Assembly (NCBI GenBank): GCA_902535365.1
Contig: CACATF010000001.1
Location: 241 to 64,240, forward strand
Source of the DNA: an uncultured SAR86 cluster bacterium
Lineage (GTDB): Bacteria; Pseudomonadota; Gammaproteobacteria; Magnimaribacterales; TMED112
DNA: 64,000 nt
Reading direction: 5' to 3'
Shown here: piece after piece, positions 30,657-40,086 of the stretch
Position numbering within the stretch: the first letter of the stretch is position 1
Layout of the letters: each line of letters opens with the position of its first letter
Program-made: the position numbers and the translations under genes
Notes under the pieces: generated by a model
Seen by the model: only the letters and a program-made list of their open reading frames with translations
What the model was told of the DNA's origin: nothing
Database searches by the model: none

Positions 30657-32246
30657 GTGAACAGAAGAAGCTTTTTAAAATTAATTGCATTTACAACAAT
30701 TTTTTTAAGTTTCAACTTAGTTTCTAAACCAAAAAGAATAGTAAGGTTTGAACATGGAATTGCAAGTGGGGATCCTACGCCTGAAAAAGTAATTTTATGG
30801 ACGCGAGTATCATCAAATTCTGACAATAGTATTTTAGTGTTTTATGAGATTTCTAATACTGTAGATTTTAAAACTATCATTACATCTGGGAAAGAATATG
30901 CAGACAGAAGAAAAGATTTTACCGTAAAAGTAGATGCAAAAATTCCAAAAAGATTTAGAGGCAAAAAAGTTTTTTATCGGTTTAGAGCAGAAGGAGCTTA
31001 TTCTCAAATTGGAACAACTTTTACCTTACCGAAAGATGTAGAAAATTTTAAAATTGCTGTTTTTAGTTGCTCAAATTATCCTGCTGGATATTTTAACGCA
31101 TACGATTCTGCTTCAAATGACGAATCTATAGATCTGGCTGTTCATTTAGGAGACTATCTCTACGAGTATAAGCAGGGAGAATATGCTACAGATAATGCGA
31201 TTCGCCTCAATAGGCAGCCAATCCCGAATAAAGAAATAGTATCCCTTAGTGACTACCGCCTAAGGCATGCACAATATAAATCAGATGTTGATTTGCAGAA
31301 ATTACACTCAAGTATGCCTGTATTATGCGCATGGGATGATCATGAAATTACAAACGATGCTTGGAAGCATAATGCAGAAAATCATCAGATTAACGAAGGA
31401 TCTTTCAATCTTAGAAAGAGAAATGCTATTAAAGCTTACTATGAGTGGATGCCTGTGCGAGAGCCAAAAATCCCTTTCAATAATTGGAAAAGATATAAGA
31501 TTGGCAAGCTAATTGATTTGAAGCTACTCGAAACGCGTATTTCTTCAAGATTTAAACAAGTTAACTTAAATGACCACATTTCAGATGACGGAAATTTTCA
31601 AAAAAATGCTTTTTTTAAAGAATTAAACAATGAGCAAAGAAGTTTGTTGGGAAATCAACAATTAGATTTTATTAAAGAAAATGATCGTGATGATCAAACC
31701 TGGAATCTATATGCACAACAAGTATTATTAGCAACTTTAAAGCTGCCAACTATACCTGATAATATTATTGATGCACTTCCAGACTATCAGAGCTATTACA
31801 AAACAGTTATAAGGGAAGACCTGCCTTATAACCTTGATGCCTGGGATGGATATCCTGCTGAAAGAAAACGATTTTTAAATACAGTTCGATCTATTTCAAA
31901 TAAAAATATCTTTATTGCAGGAGATACACATAACTGTTGGGCAAATAACATCAATGAAGGTGAAAATTTTATTGGAGCTGAGCTTGGCACTCCCTCTGTT
32001 ACATCCCCTGGAGCATCTGAAAATTTCAATGGATTAATTCCCAATAATGTCCTGGAAAATTCAATGTTGATGAAAAATAAAAATTTAAAATGGACAAATC
32101 TAGTTGATCGTGGCTACCTCACAATAGATTTCACAAAAGATATTGCTACAGCAGAATTCATTGCTATTGATAATATCCTTTCAAAAAACTATAAGACAAA
32201 AGTATTGAAAAGAATTGAAATTTCTCCTGGTGAGAAGCTTACTTAA
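30657..32246 (+). CDS. phoD: PhoD-family alkaline phosphatase with Tat signal
   Basis: GTG start. Twin-arginine NRRSFLK. GIASGDPTPEKVILWTR, WDDHEITND, GDTHN. Confidence 0.88.
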   Translation: MNRRSFLKLIAFTTIFLSFNLVSKPKRIVRFEHGIASGDPTPEKVILWTRVSSNSDNSILVFYEISNTVDFKTIITSGKEYADRRKDFTVKVDAKIPKRFRGKKVFYRFRAEGAYSQIGTTFTLPKDVENFKIAVFSCSNYPAGYFNAYDSASNDESIDLAVHLGDYLYEYKQGEYATDNAIRLNRQPIPNKEIVSLSDYRLRHAQYKSDVDLQKLHSSMPVLCAWDDHEITNDAWKHNAENHQINEGSFNLRKRNAIKAYYEWMPVREPKIPFNNWKRYKIGKLIDLKLLETRISSRFKQVNLNDHISDDGNFQKNAFFKELNNEQRSLLGNQQLDFIKENDRDDQTWNLYAQQVLLATLKLPTIPDNIIDALPDYQSYYKTVIREDLPYNLDAWDGYPAERKRFLNTVRSISNKNIFIAGDTHNCWANNINEGENFIGAELGTPSVTSPGASENFNGLIPNNVLENSMLMKNKNLKWTNLVDRGYLTIDFTKDIATAEFIAIDNILSKNYKTKVLKRIEISPGEKLT

Positions 32247-32775
32247 AAAAATTTTCTCGGTAGAACTTAAGCTCATTAACAGATTCTTTAATATCATCTA
32301 GAGCACGATGAGAAGAGGTTTTTTTAAATTCTTCTGCATTAGGATGCCATCTTTTTATTACCTCTTTGAATGAACTAACATCGATGTGCCTGTAATGGAA
32401 AAAGTTGGCAAGCTTTGGCATATGTTTGATCATAAAGCGTCTATCATGCGAAACACTGCTGCCACATAAAGGGGACTGATGCTGTTTTAAATGTTTTTTA
32501 AAAAATTCTAGCGTTTGCGATTCAGCACTAGATAGAGTGATATTGCTAGCTTTCACTTTTTCAACGAGCCCAGTGGATGTGTGCTGATTAACATTCCAAT
32601 CATTCATCAAGCTTAGAATTTCGTCAGTTTGGTAGATTGCTATTTCTGGCCCTTCTTCAACAATATTTAGGTTTGAGTCAGTAACTAAAGTGGCAATTTC
32701 GATAATATGATGCTTTTCAGGATCAAGTCCTGTCATCTCCAGATCTATCCATGCTAGTAAATTAGATTTTGTCAT
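32239..32775 (-). CDS. orn: oligoribonuclease
   Basis: LAWIDLEMTGLDPEKHHIIEIA, DEDDh exonuclease motifs, HRALDDIKESVNEL. Confidence 0.93.
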   Translation of the reverse strand: MTKSNLLAWIDLEMTGLDPEKHHIIEIATLVTDSNLNIVEEGPEIAIYQTDEILSLMNDWNVNQHTSTGLVEKVKASNITLSSAESQTLEFFKKHLKQHQSPLCGSSVSHDRRFMIKHMPKLANFFHYRHIDVSSFKEVIKRWHPNAEEFKKTSSHRALDDIKESVNELKFYRENFFK

Positions 32776-32808
32776 TTATACTTTTTTTATTCATCACAAT
32801 AATACTAT

Positions 32809-33558
32809 ATGAGTAAAGAAGATAATCAAAAAGTCTATTTTGGAGACAAAAAAGTTGAGAAGCTTGAGAAAAAAGAAGGCGTTGAGTCTATATTTTCAAA
32901 AGTTTCAGATAATTATGATCTGATGAATGATCTTATGTCAGTTGGAACTCATCGAATATGGAAAAAGCATTTTGTTGATACGGCAGGCATTCAAAAAGAC
33001 GATACTATTCTAGATTTGGCTGCAGGCACTGGAGATATTGCAAAAAAACTAACTAAATTTGTATCTAATAAGACAATTCATTTGTGCGACCAAAATAAAG
33101 AAATGATAGATAAAGCTATAGAAAGATCGCTGGATGAGGGCTTTTACAATAAATGCAACTTTAACGTTTCCAGTGCTGAAAATCTGCCTTACGAAGATAA
33201 TTATTTTAACCATGTGTTTATATCCTTTGGATTTAGAAACTTTTCGGATAAAAATCAGAGCCTTAAAGAGATACAAAGGGTTTTAAAACCAGGAGGGAAG
33301 TTGCATATTTTAGAGTTTTCAAGAACTAACGGAGAAATGTTTACAAAAATATACGATTTTTTTAGTTTTAATATAATTCCAAAAATTGGGGATCTTGTTT
33401 CCAATGATGCAGATAGTTATGAGTACTTGGTTAAATCAATCAGAACACATGAATCCCAGGAGCAGTTATGCAATATGCTTGATTCTAATGGTTTTCAAAA
33501 CACCAAATATACCAATCTTTTCAAAGGCATTGTGGCTATTCATCAAGGTGAAAAATGA
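32809..33558 (+). CDS. ubiE: ubiquinone/menaquinone C-methyltransferase
   Basis: YDLMNDLMSVGTHRIWK, LDLAAGTGD, ISFGFRN, KPGGKL. Confidence 0.93.
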   Translation: MSKEDNQKVYFGDKKVEKLEKKEGVESIFSKVSDNYDLMNDLMSVGTHRIWKKHFVDTAGIQKDDTILDLAAGTGDIAKKLTKFVSNKTIHLCDQNKEMIDKAIERSLDEGFYNKCNFNVSSAENLPYEDNYFNHVFISFGFRNFSDKNQSLKEIQRVLKPGGKLHILEFSRTNGEMFTKIYDFFSFNIIPKIGDLVSNDADSYEYLVKSIRTHESQEQLCNMLDSNGFQNTKYTNLFKGIVAIHQGEK

Positions 33559-34946
33559 AGATTTTCAGACTTATTCAAGTTTTCTTGGCACTAAGAAAAT
33601 CTGGTATTTTTTATTACTTCATAGATTCATTTAATCCATTATTAAAACCATTTTCAAAGCCTGAAAATATTCCTTTAAAATTTAGAGAAGCTCTAGAGGG
33701 TTTGGGTCCAATGTTTATTAAACTTGGGCAATTACTATCAACTCGAACTGACATTTTTGATTATGAAGTTTCGAAAGAGCTTAATAAGCTAACAGATAAT
33801 TGTGCGCCTGTAGATTTTAGCTATATATCTGATCTGATTAATAAAGAGCTTGGAGCTAGGGCAGAGAGAGTTTTAAAAAATATTGAAGTCACTCCACTAG
33901 CATCTGCATCATTAGCACAAGTGCATCGACTCAATGTTGATGAAGAAGAGCTGGTTATAAAAGTTCAAAGACCTGATCTTTATCAACAAATAAAAAATGA
34001 TCTAGCAGCAATTAAAGATGGGGTAAAAATACTTAGGTTATTTTACAAAGGTTACCCGCGGGTCAACCTAATGAATCTTGCTTTAGATTATGAAAATGTG
34101 CTTCTTAATGAGCTAGATTTCAGAATTGAAGTGGCAAATGCTAAGAAAACGTATGAAAATTTTAAGAACAGTGATCTTCTGTATGTTCCAAAGATTTTTG
34201 ATGAATATACAACAAAAAAAATCTTAGTGATGGAATATATAGATGGCATTCCGGTTACTGATGTTAGTCAAATGACGCAACAAGGCTTGGATCTAAAAAA
34301 ATTATCTGAAAATGGCGTCCAAATATTTTTAAAGCAGGTTTTTGATGATAATTTCTTTCATGCTGATATGCATCCAGGCAATATTTTTGCATCAAAAGAA
34401 AATCCTGCATCGCCAAGTTACTATGCTGTTGACTACGCAATCTGTGGCTCACTAACTGAATCAAATCAAATTCTATTAGCTCAGATGATTTCTTGTCTTA
34501 CAGAGCGTGATTTTTATTCATTAGCGCAATTATTTATCTTTGCTGAATGGGTGGATGAGAAAACTAAAACCGAAGAGCTTGAATCGGTGCTTCGAGCAAA
34601 TTGTGAGTCGTTATTAGACAGCCCATTATCTGAAATATTATTTGGAGAGCTGCTATTGAGTTTATTTGAAGCAATGAGAAAGTTTGATCTTTATCTTGAT
34701 AATGATCTTATGTTGCTTATAAAAACTTTAATTCATATTGAAGGCATGGGAAGACAAATTTATCCTGACTTAGACTTTTGGCATGTCGCTACACCTTTTC
34801 TGTCTAACTGGATCAAAGAAAAATACAGTGTTAAAGGATTGGTTAGCTATCTTGTATCAAAAAAACATATACTTACATATATGATTCTCAAGAAAATTGA
34901 AGACAGTAAGCAACAATTTTCTGATTGGGAAGGAGAATATAAATGA
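33555..34946 (+). CDS. ubiB: ubiquinone biosynthesis regulatory protein kinase UbiB
   Basis: LEGLGPMFIKLGQLLSTRTDIF, ASASLAQVH, VKVQRPD, FFHADMHPGNIF. Confidence 0.9.
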   Translation: MKIFRLIQVFLALRKSGIFYYFIDSFNPLLKPFSKPENIPLKFREALEGLGPMFIKLGQLLSTRTDIFDYEVSKELNKLTDNCAPVDFSYISDLINKELGARAERVLKNIEVTPLASASLAQVHRLNVDEEELVIKVQRPDLYQQIKNDLAAIKDGVKILRLFYKGYPRVNLMNLALDYENVLLNELDFRIEVANAKKTYENFKNSDLLYVPKIFDEYTTKKILVMEYIDGIPVTDVSQMTQQGLDLKKLSENGVQIFLKQVFDDNFFHADMHPGNIFASKENPASPSYYAVDYAICGSLTESNQILLAQMISCLTERDFYSLAQLFIFAEWVDEKTKTEELESVLRANCESLLDSPLSEILFGELLLSLFEAMRKFDLYLDNDLMLLIKTLIHIEGMGRQIYPDLDFWHVATPFLSNWIKEKYSVKGLVSYLVSKKHILTYMILKKIEDSKQQFSDWEGEYK

Positions 34947-35098
34947 GCATTGGTTTAACACAGATATTAGTTGTACTTGTAATTGTTTTACTTCTTTTTG
35001 GTTCAAAAAGGATACGCAGTCTAGGTTCAGATTTAGGTAAAGCATTCACTGGTTTTAAAAAAGAAATAAAAAACAATGATCCAGATAGGGATTCCTGA
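34943..35098 (+). CDS. tatA: twin-arginine translocase subunit TatA (not in ORF track, 51 aa)
   Basis: The ATG overlaps the ubiB stop (ATGA). Encodes MSIGLTQILVVLVIVLLLFGSKRIRSLGSDLGKAFTGFKKEIKNNDPDRDS, with the canonical TM-FG-amphipathic helix. Confidence 0.87.
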   Translation: MSIGLTQILVVLVIVLLLFGSKRIRSLGSDLGKAFTGFKKEIKNNDPDRDS

Positions 35099-35312
35099 GT
35101 TATTAATACTAATACTCGTTATTTTTTTCGCTTTTAAACCAGAAGATATCCAGAAAAATATCAAACAATTCTTAAAAATCTTTTTTGATACAAAAAAATT
35201 TGTTGCAGATACAAAAGATGACCTCAAGCAGCAGTTAAAAATAGATGAACTTAAGCAAGATCTTCACAATGAGGAAAAAATGAAAGAATTTGAGAGGGAT
35301 AAGAATGTCTGA
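35076..35312 (+). CDS. tatB: twin-arginine translocase subunit TatB (divergent)
   Basis: MIQIGIPELLILILVIFFAF (conserved E8) followed by a charged helical tail. Positioned between tatA and tatC. Confidence 0.75.
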   Translation: MIQIGIPELLILILVIFFAFKPEDIQKNIKQFLKIFFDTKKFVADTKDDLKQQLKIDELKQDLHNEEKMKEFERDKNV

Positions 35313-36003
35313 TGGTCTTGAAAGTCATTTTCTTGAATTAAAGCAAAGATTAATAAAGTCAGTAATTTTTTTTGTAGTAGCTTTTTGCTGTTTATACCCA
35401 TTCAATAACACTTTTTTTAACCTTCTTTCAGAATATATTTTTATAATTCCTGATTTTGAGCTTATTGCAGTTGAGGTTGCCTCTCCTTTTTTAGTGCCTT
35501 TAAGGCTAACAGCCTTTTTAGCTTTGCTGTTATCTATGCCATTTCTTATTTTCCAGCTATTTATGTTTATGGCACCTGGTTTATATGAAAATGAGAAAAA
35601 AATAGTCTTATCACGATCTGCTCTTGGAACTTTTTTGTTTTTTGCAGGTGTAATGTTTTGTACCGCAGTTGTTTTGCCCAATGTGTTTAATTTTTTTCAA
35701 ACCATAGGGCCTGACTCAATTAACATTTCAACTGATATCTCTAAATTTCTAAGTTTTGTCCTTGGGTTATCAATCGCTTTTGGTTTTGGTTTTCAAATAC
35801 CAATCGTCATTAACGCAATAATTTCTTTGGGCGTTGCAACAAAAAAAGATTTAAAAAATCTACGTGGGATCTTCTTGGTAATTTGTTTCACCTTTGGGAT
35901 GATTTTTACCCCACCAGACGTCATCTCTCAATTTCTGTTAGCAGTGCCCATGTATTTATTGTTTGAGTTAGGTCTAATATTTTCAAATGATAAAAAAACG
36001 TAA
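35305..36003 (+). CDS. tatC: twin-arginine translocase subunit TatC
   Basis: The ATG at 35305 gives MSDGLESHFLELKQRL, matching E. coli ...LITHLIELRKRL. Six TM segments. The track start at 35290 is TTG. Confidence 0.93.
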   Translation: MSDGLESHFLELKQRLIKSVIFFVVAFCCLYPFNNTFFNLLSEYIFIIPDFELIAVEVASPFLVPLRLTAFLALLLSMPFLIFQLFMFMAPGLYENEKKIVLSRSALGTFLFFAGVMFCTAVVLPNVFNFFQTIGPDSINISTDISKFLSFVLGLSIAFGFGFQIPIVINAIISLGVATKKDLKNLRGIFLVICFTFGMIFTPPDVISQFLLAVPMYLLFELGLIFSNDKKT

Positions 36004-36103
36004 TCCACTGGCAAAAGATCTTAAATCTCCTAAGTATAAAATGCGCGTTACACGTGACAAAAAGAAATATTCCAGAAAAAAGAAGCATACCGATCAAGAT
36101 TAG
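35987..36103 (+). CDS. 38-aa basic ORF, ArfA-like (alternative ribosome-rescue factor A) candidate
   Basis: MIKKRNPLAKDLKSPKYKMRVTRDKKKYSRKKKHTDQD resembles the ArfA core (...[28 protein letters not shown], recalled from memory). The start lies 17 nt inside tatC. There is no strong SD. Confidence 0.45.
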   Translation: MIKKRNPLAKDLKSPKYKMRVTRDKKKYSRKKKHTDQD

Positions 36104-36109
36104 CTTCAC

Positions 36110-36138
36110 TTGACACTTTAAATTGAAACACTTATATT
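36110..36138 (+). promoter_or_regulatory. sigma70-like promoter TTGACA-N17-TATATT
   Basis: Perfect -35 at 36110-36115, a 17-nt spacer and a -10 at 36133-36138. It lies about 40 nt upstream of the SD (AAGGAG) of the 36177 ORF. Confidence 0.5.
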
Positions 36139-36145
36139 ACATTTG

Positions 36146-36163
36146 TGTGACATTTATGTTACA
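36146..36163. promoter_or_regulatory. operator-like inverted repeat TGTGACAT-TT-ATGTTACA
   Basis: 8-bp arms with one mismatch, between the -10 element and the SD of the 36177 ORF. The regulator is unknown. Confidence 0.3.
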
Positions 36164-36176
36164 TAAAGGAGAAGTG

Positions 36177-36548
36177 ATGAAAAATTTAGCATTATTAATA
36201 CTGTCCATAGGCGCTATGAACCTAGCTTCTTTTACTAATGATGAATCTTTTTTTGATCAAATGAACGATGTAAATTTGATTGAAGATAATATGATGGTTA
36301 AATCAAAATGCCCGCCGACTACCTCAGGTTGTTTGGTAAATTCACAAGATGGTGAGCTTTTTATTTATATAACTAACTCCATATCAAAGTCATTACATGA
36401 TGTATCGTTATTTGGTTTGATGTTCGATGCTTATCAGTTTCAAGAGACAGGTAAAATCAATACTCTCAAAACTTGTCGTATGAAGCTTGCTTATGCAAAA
36501 GACAAAAATTACCTTAATGCGGTAAGCTCTCTTGAAAGAGAGTGTTAA
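36177..36548 (+). CDS. hypothetical secreted protein (4 Cys), no recognisable family
   Basis: AAGGAG SD 5 nt upstream of the ATG at 36177. Signal-peptide-like MKNLALLILSIGAMNLASF. The track start at 36123 (TTG) would lie inside the promoter. Confidence 0.7.
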   Translation: MKNLALLILSIGAMNLASFTNDESFFDQMNDVNLIEDNMMVKSKCPPTTSGCLVNSQDGELFIYITNSISKSLHDVSLFGLMFDAYQFQETGKINTLKTCRMKLAYAKDKNYLNAVSSLEREC

Positions 36549-36554
36549 ATCTGG

Positions 36555-36572
36555 TGCAGGCGACAGCCTGCA
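36555..36572. terminator. hairpin between convergent hypothetical gene and acs
   Basis: TGCAGGC-GACA-GCCTGCA. The U-runs are weak on both strands. Confidence 0.5.
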
Positions 36573-36578
36573 TAGGGT

Positions 36579-38492
36579 TTAATGTTGTTTGTTCTTGATT
36601 AGATCTTCAACTATAGATGGGTCAGCCAATGTTGTTGTATCACCTAAATTTTCAACGTCGTCATTAGCGATTTTTCTAAGAATCCTTCGCATAATTTTGC
36701 CAGATCTGGTTTTTGGCAAATCTCTAGTTATTTGAATTGTTTCAGGTTTAGCAATTTTTCCAATTTCGCTTGAAACTGTATCTATCATTTCTGCAATCAA
36801 CTCATTATGATTTTTTTCTGTCTCTTTTAGAATGACGAAGGCATATATAGCTTGGCCCTTTATTTCATGCTCTATTCCGACTACTGCTGCTTCCGCTACA
36901 GCATTATGTGTAACTAGAGCACTCTCAACTTCTGCTGTACCAATTCGATGTCCAGAAACATTTAGCACATCATCTACTCTGCCTGTTACCCAGTAATAGC
37001 CATCTTCATCTCTTGATGCGCCATCCCCCGTAAAGTATTTATCTGCATATTGAGAGAAATAAGTTGAAATCATTCTCTCATGGTCACCATATACTGTTCT
37101 AATTTGACTAGGCCATGAAACATCAATGCATAGGTTGCCTTTGCTTTTCCCTTCAAGTTGTTCTCCTTCTGAATTTAAAATTGATGGAATAACACCAAGA
37201 AAAGGCAATGTTGCAGATCCAGGTTTTTTAGGAGTTATTCCTGCTATGGGGGTAATGAGTACCGAACCCGTTTCAGTTTGCCACCAGGTATCTACTACCT
37301 CACATTTAGAATTACCAACTTTATCAAAATACCATTCCCAAACTTCAGGATTAATTGGCTCACCTACTGTCCCCAATACCTTTAATGAGTCTCTTGATGA
37401 GCTTTCAAGATATTTATCACCAGCAGCGATCAAAGCCCGTATTGCCGTCGGCGCAGTATAAAAAATATTTACAGAGTGTTCATCGCAGACTTCCCAAAAT
37501 CGTGAAAAATCTGGATAACTTGGAACACCCTCAAACATGAGTGTTGTTGCTCCATTTGAAAGAGGCCCATAAAGAATATATGTGTGGCCAGTAATCCAGC
37601 CAACATCTGCTGTGCACCAATACACATCGCCATCTTCATAACCAAATATGTATTTAAAAGATAGATGTGCTCCTAGTAGATATCCGCCTGTGGTATGCAA
37701 CACCCCTTTGGGTTTTCCAGTTGAACCAGATGTATAAAGAATAAAGGATGGGTCCTCTGCATCCATTGGCTCACATTCACAAATAGTCTGTTGGTTTGCC
37801 ACTAAATCTTCATACCAAATATCTCTATCATCAGTCCAATCGACAGTGCCATTGGTGTATTTCACAACAACACATTTTTTTACATTGGGGCACTGAGCTA
37901 GAGCAATATCAACACTACTTTTTAATGGAATAATCTTGCCTCCCCTTGTGCCTTCATCAGCCGTGATAACAAACTGACAATCAGAATCAAGTATTCGAGA
38001 TTTAATTGCCTCCGGAGAAAAACCACCAAAAACAACAGAATGGATTGCCCCAATTCGCATACATGCAAACATTGCAAATGCTGCTTCAGGTATCATTGGC
38101 ATGTAGATGCATACCCTATCTCCTTTCGAAACACCTATTTTTTTTAAACCATTAGCAAGTTTTGAAACCTTTTCTTGTAAGGTTTTGTATGAAATATGCT
38201 CAGATTGGTCTTGTTGATCCCCTTGCCAGATAATTGCAGTTTTGTTTGGTGTTTTTTCAGCATGCCTATCAATACAGTTGTAAGAAATATTTATTTGTCC
38301 ATCACCAAACCATTTTGGCGTTGTAAAAGTTCCTTCATTTGATCTGGTAGGCTCACGGAACCAACTTAGCTCTTGTCTAGCTTTGTTTAGGAAATATTTA
38401 GGATCAGAAATTGACTGCTGATATTCATCTTTGAATGCAGCTAGATCCTTGAAGTGTGGATTCTTAAAAGATGTATTATCAAACCTCGACAT
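36579..38492 (-). CDS. acs: acetyl-CoA synthetase
   Basis: 637 aa. [19 protein letters not shown]-terminal SGKIMRR. Confidence 0.97.
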   Translation of the reverse strand: MSRFDNTSFKNPHFKDLAAFKDEYQQSISDPKYFLNKARQELSWFREPTRSNEGTFTTPKWFGDGQINISYNCIDRHAEKTPNKTAIIWQGDQQDQSEHISYKTLQEKVSKLANGLKKIGVSKGDRVCIYMPMIPEAAFAMFACMRIGAIHSVVFGGFSPEAIKSRILDSDCQFVITADEGTRGGKIIPLKSSVDIALAQCPNVKKCVVVKYTNGTVDWTDDRDIWYEDLVANQQTICECEPMDAEDPSFILYTSGSTGKPKGVLHTTGGYLLGAHLSFKYIFGYEDGDVYWCTADVGWITGHTYILYGPLSNGATTLMFEGVPSYPDFSRFWEVCDEHSVNIFYTAPTAIRALIAAGDKYLESSSRDSLKVLGTVGEPINPEVWEWYFDKVGNSKCEVVDTWWQTETGSVLITPIAGITPKKPGSATLPFLGVIPSILNSEGEQLEGKSKGNLCIDVSWPSQIRTVYGDHERMISTYFSQYADKYFTGDGASRDEDGYYWVTGRVDDVLNVSGHRIGTAEVESALVTHNAVAEAAVVGIEHEIKGQAIYAFVILKETEKNHNELIAEMIDTVSSEIGKIAKPETIQITRDLPKTRSGKIMRRILRKIANDDVENLGDTTTLADPSIVEDLIKNKQH

Positions 38493-39021
38493 TCTTATCT
38501 ATGCTTTCAATTAATTCTTCAATATTATTGCATACATAAAAATTATTAGGGTCTCTGCTTACGTACCCTTTGCTAATGGCTGTTTCAAGCCACTCTAGTA
38601 TTGGTGTCCAATATCCCTCAATATTTAAAATAAATATCTGTTTATCAGATATGCCCAGAGAGGCTAGGTTGAGAATATCAAGCAGCTCATCCAAAGTTCC
38701 AAGACCACCTGGAAAAATTATGAAGAAGTCTGAATTATCCATCAGAAGTTGTTTTCTTTCACTAAATGTTGTGACAACTTCCAACTTATTTAAGTTTTCT
38801 GGTGTGTAGCCTTTTTTATGAAAAATATCACACGTATAGCCTTCTACATAGCCATTATTTTTTAAGAATGTTTGGGAGATCTTGCCCATTAGGCCAAGCT
38901 TTCCACCCCCATACACAAGACCAATGTTTTTTGAAATAAGAAACTCAGCTATTGTTTCAAGCTGAGTTTCAACGTTTATTCCTTTATCGGTAGATGCTAA
39001 GAAGAAGCAAGCCTTCTTCAT
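38479..39021 (-). CDS. LOG family protein (TIGR00730; nucleotide 5'-monophosphate phosphoribohydrolase-like)
   Basis: [13 protein letters not shown] and [10 protein letters not shown] motifs. Confidence 0.85.
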   Translation of the reverse strand: MKKACFFLASTDKGINVETQLETIAEFLISKNIGLVYGGGKLGLMGKISQTFLKNNGYVEGYTCDIFHKKGYTPENLNKLEVVTTFSERKQLLMDNSDFFIIFPGGLGTLDELLDILNLASLGISDKQIFILNIEGYWTPILEWLETAISKGYVSRDPNNFYVCNNIEELIESIDKNVEV

Positions 39022-40082
39022 TTGACTATAGGATCAAGGTCTCCTGAATTGTACCTATCAGTCATATCAAAAAGAGATATAGGTTTAATCTTGGCTGCGT
39101 TACCACTGCATCCAAATGCTTCGTACCTATCAATGCAAATCTTTTTCATAGCATCCACTGTTTTACCAAGATATTTTCTTGGATCAAACTCACTTTTGTT
39201 TTCAGCCATGAATTTTCTAATTGTTGCAGTTGAGGCAAGCCTTAAATCTGTATCAATGTTTACTTTTCGCACACCATTTTTTATTCCTTCTTGAATTTCT
39301 TCTACTGGCACGCCATATGTCTCAGGAATTTCACCTCCAAATTCATTAATGATTTCCAATTGGTCTTGAGGAACACTTGATGAGCCATGCATCACAAGGT
39401 GTGTGTTTGGAATTCTTTCATGAAGCTCTTTAACTCTCTTCATAGAAAGAATATCTCCTGTTGGTGGTCTGGTAAATTTATAAGCTCCATGAGAGGTGCC
39501 TATTGCAATAGCTAATGCATCTACTCCGGTATCTTTAACAAATGACGCTGCTTCGTCTGGGTCAGTGAGGAGCATATCTTCGCTTAAAACTCCTTCAGCT
39601 CCACTCCCATCCTCTTCTCCAGCCATACCTGTTTCTAAAGATCCTAAGCATCCAAGCTCTCCTTCTACTGAAACTCCACATGCATGAGCCATATCAACTG
39701 TTCGTTTTGTAACATCGACATTGTATTCATACGAAGCTGGAGTTTTCATATCAGCCATTAAAGAACCATCCATCATTACAGATGAAAAGCCAAGCTGGAT
39801 TGATCTCTGACATACGTCAGGCGATGCACCATGATCCTGGTGCATAACCACAGGAATATGAGGAAATTCTTCCATTGCAGCAAGTATGAGATGTCGTAAA
39901 AATGTTGGCCCCGCATATTTCCTAGCACCCGCAGAAGCTTGGCAAATTACTGGACTATTTGTCTCATTTGCTGCTTCCATGATAGCTCTCATTTGCTCTA
40001 AATTATTTACATTAAATGCTGGAACGCCGTAGTCGTTCTCAGCCGCGTGATCGAGTAATTGTCTAAGTGATATTAGGGACAT
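39018..40082 (-). CDS. fba: class II fructose-bisphosphate aldolase
   Basis: [34 protein letters not shown]. Confidence 0.95.
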   Translation of the reverse strand: MSLISLRQLLDHAAENDYGVPAFNVNNLEQMRAIMEAANETNSPVICQASAGARKYAGPTFLRHLILAAMEEFPHIPVVMHQDHGASPDVCQRSIQLGFSSVMMDGSLMADMKTPASYEYNVDVTKRTVDMAHACGVSVEGELGCLGSLETGMAGEEDGSGAEGVLSEDMLLTDPDEAASFVKDTGVDALAIAIGTSHGAYKFTRPPTGDILSMKRVKELHERIPNTHLVMHGSSSVPQDQLEIINEFGGEIPETYGVPVEEIQEGIKNGVRKVNIDTDLRLASTATIRKFMAENKSEFDPRKYLGKTVDAMKKICIDRYEAFGCSGNAAKIKPISLFDMTDRYNSGDLDPIVK

Positions 40083-40086
40083 GGAG

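Noticed and set aside
36146-36173. Possible dif site or CRP site. TTATGTTACAT resembles the XerD arm of dif, and TGTGA...TTACA resembles a CRP half-site pair.
   Set aside because: The 11 nt where the XerC arm should be (TTACATTTGTG) do not match GGTGCGCATAA. For CRP, the spacing would be 8 rather than 6 nt. It is kept only as an unassigned operator-like palindrome.
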